A stretch of DNA of 64,000 nt. Origin: the human T2T-CHM13v2.0 reference genome, Homo sapiens. Position 1 is the first letter of the stretch. Each line of letters opens with the position of its first letter. The position numbers and the translations under genes were made by a program. This document shows positions 57,001 through 64,000 of this stretch, in pieces. Below the pieces are notes generated by a model. The model was not told the origin of the DNA. It worked only from the letters and a program-made list of their open reading frames with translations, and did no database searches. The stretch lies in assembly GCF_009914755.1 (NCBI RefSeq), contig NC_060937.1; one strand, given 5' to 3'.

Positions 57001-58479
57001 GTGAGAACAGGTATTGTAATTTGGCGTAAATTGAATAATTTAAAAAATAAAGAAAAAAGAATACAATGTGACCTCAAGCTGGATTAAAGTTTGTACTATT
57101 ACAGTAAAGTGTCATATGGAAATGGTTCATCATTTTAGAAATTTCTCTCTCCACCTCTGTGTGTGTGTTTTGTGTGTGTGTGTGTGTTTGTGTGTGTGTA
57201 TTCATTTAGTTTTACTCCTTTCCAGGCTCTCAACATCTTCTTAATATTGTTAATAGCATATTTGGATACTTAAAATATTATCCTGCAACAGGTAAATAAG
57301 TTTTTGTGGGATTAATTCTGGAAATGTCTGCTGTGACTCAAATATCTCCCCTCAGAGTTTGGAAAGCTCATGGAATTCCCCACAGAGTAGTCTCTTTTTT
57401 TTTTTAATAAATAAAGTTTATTGCTTACGTTTTAAAAAGGGGAAAGTTGTAAAATCAGACATGCCAGGTAAAGCCTAATTTATTTCACAGTAAGAACTAA
57501 GAATAAGAATGTGCTGATGCTAACATTATATCTTGAAGTCTGCACATACAGAGAAAGGAAACAATTGTACCGGGGGATATTGTCAGTACACTATTAGGGA
57601 AGAGAGAAGATAAGAAATATTGTCTTTATGTTGAACTTCACTTAACTGAAATCTACTGCATGATTGCTATCAATGACGTGGCATTTAAAATGTGAGCTTT
57701 TATAGGTTCCCAGTGATTTGTTTAGTCAGCATGATATCATACTATTACATGCTTTAAAGTAGAAATGCTTTTTTTTGTGTGTGTTTCAAAACCACTACCT
57801 TCCTCTCTCTAAGGTTTAAGACAAAATAATTCTAATCTTTTAAAATTCTCAGAATGTTACAAGAGACATGTATTACAAATTTTCATCCTTTCTAAGGATC
57901 ATTTCAGAATAATTCACCTTCCCTCCTGCATGATAATTACTAAGATTGCTAAGCATCACAATTATGTTCACTTCAGATGAGAGAATGAGTGGTAATTGAA
58001 ATCTAAGATGATAGAGAAAATCTATGTCTTGATTTTGATTTGTAGCTGATGAAGTGAATAAAGAAAAAGTGTCAAGCTGGATTTTAAGCAAGTTCCTATT
58101 TAGAACAGATTTACAAGTCAAACCTTATAAATTCCTGATAGAATAGCAAGTTCATCAGTAATGCAATTATCTTGCCTATCCCTTATCTTAAACATATTAT
58201 TTCTGAGATAAAGTAAATTGTTTCAGTTACAAGTAGTCTTTTTGGGGAAGAGATAAAAGTCAATGGTCTATAAGAAAGTCTAGGGTTAAGAATCTTTTGA
58301 AAAGTAGAGCTACGATTTTATCATTTTTGTTGGTGTTCACAGTCTTGCCCTACTTAGTCACTGATAACCATGTCAGCACCTCCAGGATGAATCTTCATTT
58401 CTATATCTGCTATTCTAGGAACACAGTGTGACCTGAAAATATAAGGCTGCTTATCTGCCTAGCAATATCAGAGGTCGAT

Positions 58480-59252
58480 TTAGTCTCCTTGCTTTCAGCG
58501 TGTTCTTCTGACCACAGCTTTTCTCTCAAACACTTAGCAAGTTTCCACTTTGTCTTACAGATTCCTGATATTTGATCAAATCCCCAGAGTTCCTTTCAAA
58601 CATTGGTGAGGTGGAGAACACTGTCACTCACTATATCCCTTCCTCTTCACTTCCCAAGATTCTGTTTTAATTTTATTATATGTCCATTTTTACAAAATCC
58701 TTCATGAATAGCTATCCAAAATTTCACTCGAAGCTCATATCCAGAAATTTTGATAAGGCTGTCCACATTGCCTTTTAAATGAGACCTCCAGGCTGGATTG
58801 GGCTTGCTCACCTCAGCAGTGATGGCACTGAGCTCACTAGTCCCCTGTTAATTCAGGATCAGACACTCATTTCTGACTTAGTTTTTTGTTTTTCCTTCTT
58901 TAATTTCACTTCCTTCTTCATCAGCTACATTTTATATACATATGTGTGTGTGTGTGTGTGTGTGCGTGTGTGTGTGTATGTATGTATTTTTCGGTATACA
59001 TAGATTCATAAATTAAGTAAGCTTTGGCTTTTCCTAGAAGTTTTAGTTTTAGTTGATCTCTTCACTGTGTGCCAGCAGTACTTTGTGAAGGTGATTACCC
59101 TGCTGCATTGTACTTCTCTGACTCCCCCACTAGATAGTCTGTGTTTATAGGGGAAAGGATTTTTGCTTTATTCATTTTTGTATCCATTGTGCCTTATGCT
59201 TGGCCTATAGAATATGCTCAGTAAAAGAGTCGAATGAATGAATGAATGAATG
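58480..59252 (+). mobile_element. L2 3' end, with an internal (TG)n
   Basis: Ends TGCTCAGTAAAAG...(GAAT)n, the typical L2 tail. Confidence 0.7.
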
Positions 59253-59419
59253 TTGTCATCCACATGTCCTCTTCTCTCAGTTTATAGATTGGAAAAATGA
59301 AAAATTTGGAGATAAGTGAACAAGTCAAAATATTGAATTCATATGCTAACTGGGATAAAACAAGATTTACTGATTCCTAGTTAAGACACCAGTCTGTTAT
59401 AATGTTCTATTATAAATAG

Positions 59420-59645
59420 ACCTGACTTTTCATTAGTCAATATTGTGAACATTATAGTGTTTTACTAAACATTCACATGCAACAAACAAGATTCTATTAC
59501 CCCATTTATCAGATGAAGACCCTAAGGCTTGGAGTTATTTACATGAAATTAAGTTGGAGTTATTTACATGAAATTGCTTCCTGGTTAGTGGAAAGCCTAT
59601 GATTTTAACATAGGCTTTCTGATTCAAAATCTATATTTTATTCAT
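59420..59645 (-). mobile_element. MIR with an internal 24-bp tandem duplication
   Basis: TATTACCCCATTTATCAGATGAAGAC MIR core. TTGGAGTTATTTACATGAAATT occurs twice. Confidence 0.7.
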
Positions 59646-62506
59646 GTTTTATATTTCCTCTCCAACAGTAAATGCATCTCTTTTAATGATCTTTTGTGTT
59701 ACTTTATATAAGGCTTGTCATACTCTGTTTTGCACCTGCCCACAAATAACATTGTCAGATAGCAAAGGTGGCTTAGAACACTTTTCTTAAAAAAGGGTTT
59801 ATTTTATCAATCACATGATTGTATTTGCACTTCCTTGGTGGATCATGATTTTTATATTCCTCCATTTGCTGAAAATGGAACTGAACCTTTCTTCTTTAAA
59901 AAATCTGTCAACTATGAAGATCAGTTTTATATCAATTGTATGGCAAGCCTGCACAAGCGAGAAAGCCTCATGCTTAGGCATTTCAGTGGATAAGTTACTA
60001 TTTATACTGTCGTTTTCAATGATATCAATAATTCTTAGTGCTAGTGAAGTAACACATAAGTAGATTTTAGATAATAATAGTATTTTCAGGCAATATTCCA
60101 ATATACATACTTCGAAATTGAGCACTAGCAGTACATTGTAACACATCACAATGTTCTCACTGCTTTGGTTCTATGAACTAGTGTGCATATCTCTTTCATT
60201 TATTTGCCCTTGCCTTGCTGCTACTGTTGCTCATGAGGAAAAGTTTCCAACTCAGTTCCTTTTCTATTTAAAAGCAACTTTGTTGTGGATTATAGTAAAT
60301 GATTTAGCTAGTTGGCTGTATGCTTGGTGGAGCATCCTCAGGCTTATTTTCACAGCTAAGCAAGATTTTGCTAGATGGTCTTTGAATTCAAAGGCTACTT
60401 TTGGCAACCCCAGGAAGAATAGTGCTGATTATTTAGAAAACTGTAGCTTTATAAACGGCCACTCTGCAGTAGCAGGAAATTAATGGCAGAAGATGAGTGG
60501 TAAATAGGTCCATTCCATTTTACTCACAACCTGCATGCATTCTGAAGAAATGGTTACAGGCTTGTAGAAGAAAACAAGGAAAAGTTTGTAAGATGATAAA
60601 AAAAATGTATTGGGAAAATTGAGAAAACAAAACTGTCCTGTTTAATTGGTTAGAAATTATTATAAGTAACCTAATTGTGGTGGCTACTTAGAGAAGCAGA
60701 ATTTGGGGGCAGTCTTAGGCAAGTCTCACTGGCTAGGTAGCATAAGCGCAAAATATATCCGTGCTGTTTTAAGACACTGAGGTTTGGAGTTTGTTACTTC
60801 AGCTATTGAGAAGGTTAACAAAATGACCTTGATATAAATGATAAAATTGGACTTTCTTTTTTCAACATTTCTGTTCCTAAAAATTGGGACAATTCCAAAC
60901 ATTATGTTAATCTTTCTGACTGAGCTCAATCCAGAATGAAGTAAGATTTAGGATAAAGTTATTTGTTGTTGTTGTATATGTTGTGTTTTGTTTTATCTAA
61001 GAGACCTTGAGAAATAACTTTTTTTCAGATTTGTTTAAGAATTTTACATTATCTATAGGCTTATATCTAAGCATTTTTGTTGTGATTGTTTTAACTAATT
61101 AATTTATAGCTATTTCAATTAAAAGCAGACGGAATCTGTGTTTTGTTAATATAGAATATAGACTGCCAACACTTGAAGTGGGTAGCCAAGAGTGTCCGTA
61201 AGTGTGATAATGATTTGACAGATAATTCATGCTATTATAGGGAACTCAATCACCGCAGTTGTCTAGATCTATAGCTTTGAATTTGTGCCAGAGTAAAAAT
61301 GATGTCCGTTATATTCTATGAATAAATCTTTCTTATAAAGGATTAGTGGTACACTCTGATGAATTGGGGCAATGCAATTAGTTATTAGGTCTATGAAAAG
61401 TTATTACCTTAAACCTTTGGGGTCTGAATCAATACACCTTTGCTCAATCATAACTGAAGTCAATGAAATGAATTCCCCAAGAAAGGCTACAGAATGGTGT
61501 GTGCACTAACAAGGTAATGTTTTAGCAAGAGAAGAATGATTTACCACAACCGCATGAAACATTCGTGAAACAGTTAGATGACATTGTACAGCCTCTGCTC
61601 CCTTGCTGGTGCATTGATTAGGTAAGATAATTTAAAGCTGTGGGTTGTCATGTTGGTGGTGCAGTCCAATATTATCTTAATCACACCTCATTATGACTGT
61701 TGCTAAGCTAAGGCTAGAATGTACCAGAGTTGTGAGGATGGTGTTAAATAATCTCATCACTATTATAATCAGGCAAAGGGTAAGTTCCAATAGAGAAGGT
61801 AAGAGAAAAGCTTGCTTTTAATGTTTAATTGGATGTAAAACAAAATGTTTTCTGAGTATACGTTATGCACTTTTATGTGTTCATTTAAAATATGAGTCTA
61901 GTTTTCTGAGTATTATGATACAGAGACATAGTTTATATACTAAGATTTTTGTGTGTTCTTTTACTATAGAAAACATCAGTTAACTTTAGGGTAAATATAC
62001 TACTGTTTTATAAAACAGAGCATTGATTCCACTTAATTCACTATCAACATAAATTTCACTGCAAGTATCTCTACTAAAAAAATTAATTCACTATATTTTA
62101 TTCAATTTTATTTAATTCAGCATTGAGTGGATATTCAGACATGACAGAGAGTGTGTTAGTGAAATTTCTCTGTCTCAAAAATATATCATTCAAAATGTAC
62201 ACTGCTTTGTCTGAGTCCTAAAACCTATGCTTATAGTAGAGATATTTTCTCTTTTACTAGGTAGCTCTAAAATTGTTTCCTAAATTAATTTCTATAGAAA
62301 TCAAGGTGCTGCACATCTATTTCCTAAGCCTTCTTTCACTGAAAAAAAAATAGATTAGATTATGTAGTTTATTTTTCTATATTATTCTTTGAGGTATGGG
62401 TCACTACTGCGAAACTTTATGAAACCTGATGAAGGATCTACTACAGAACAAATCCATATTTTTAAACAAAACCCCACTGCTTTTGAAATATATTATATTT
62501 ATCATA

Positions 62507-63360
<854 letters not shown>

Positions 63361-63474
63361 TAGATTTAATAAAATTAAACTTATCAGCTATTTATCCTTT
63401 TTCCCTCTTCCTCTCACTATATGTGTACGTGTATGTGTATATGTGTATATACACACACACAAGTATACACACAC

Positions 63475-63850
63475 AGCAGATACCAACATTTGAAGATACC
63501 CAAGTTTCTTAAATAAAATAATATATATATTATTTTATACTTTATAAATACTTTATACTTTATATTTATACTTTATATACTTTATATTTTATATACTTAT
63601 ATACTTTATATACTTTATATATATACTTTATAAATAAAGTAATATATATATATCTACACACATTGTCTTAAGACATCTATAAATAACTTATAATACCGAA
63701 TGCAATGTAAATGTTATGTAAAAAAGTTGTTATACTGTATTGCTTAGAGAAAAATGGCCAAAAACCATCTGTAACTGTTCTGAATATTTTTGACCCCACA
63801 GTTGGTTGCATCCATAGATCCAGAACCAACAGATAGAAAGGATTGACTGT
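63475..63850 (+). mobile_element. MER2 (Tigger MITE) with an internal (TATACTT)n-like expansion
   Basis: CTTATAATACCGAATGCAATGTAAATG...GTTGGTTGCATCC...GACTG. AT-rich repeat at ~63520-63655. Confidence 0.75.
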
Positions 63851-64000
63851 GTATGTTCATGTATTTTCCTTATTTAATATTACTCTCAAGTTCACCCACA
63901 TTTTCAAGAGTCTTCACTTGCTGCCAATCTCCAAATTAGCTGTATTACACCTGCCTTCAAATACGCATCAACATCTTTATTTTGAAAATAATAAATTAAA

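Noticed and set aside
59811-60483. Hydrophobic ORFs resembling membrane proteins
   Set aside because: Typical translation of AT-rich non-coding DNA, with no motif or convincing exon structure.

Overview
Repeat-rich, AT-rich, CpG-depleted primate genomic DNA, catarrhine-type (AluY, MER11, MER41, THE1B, HERV-L). I see no cellular protein-coding exon or RNA gene. The listed ORFs are transposon remnants or chance ORFs. Contents: a decayed, env-less HERV-L provirus (39.8-46.8 kb), several solo LTRs, L1s of several ages, about 11 Alus, Tigger/hAT MITEs, MIR and L2. The main signals are fossil rearrangements readable from broken repeats. (1) A ~15.7-kb inversion (~2859-18544) splits one L1PB and its host L1M, with 5-bp inverted microhomology at the breakpoints. 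(2) A second inversion between head-to-head MLT2A LTRs made the HERV-L chimeric; matching TSDs now lie on opposite strands. (3) A near-perfect 41-bp-arm fold-back hairpin sits just upstream of the HERV-L PPT. Also seen: a tiny CpG-retaining promoter-motif cluster (15.73-15.81 kb), likely L1-mediated retrocopies of LTR transcripts, a tailless Alu and a possible Alu 3' transduction. Family and subfamily names come from my recall of consensus sequences, not from a search.
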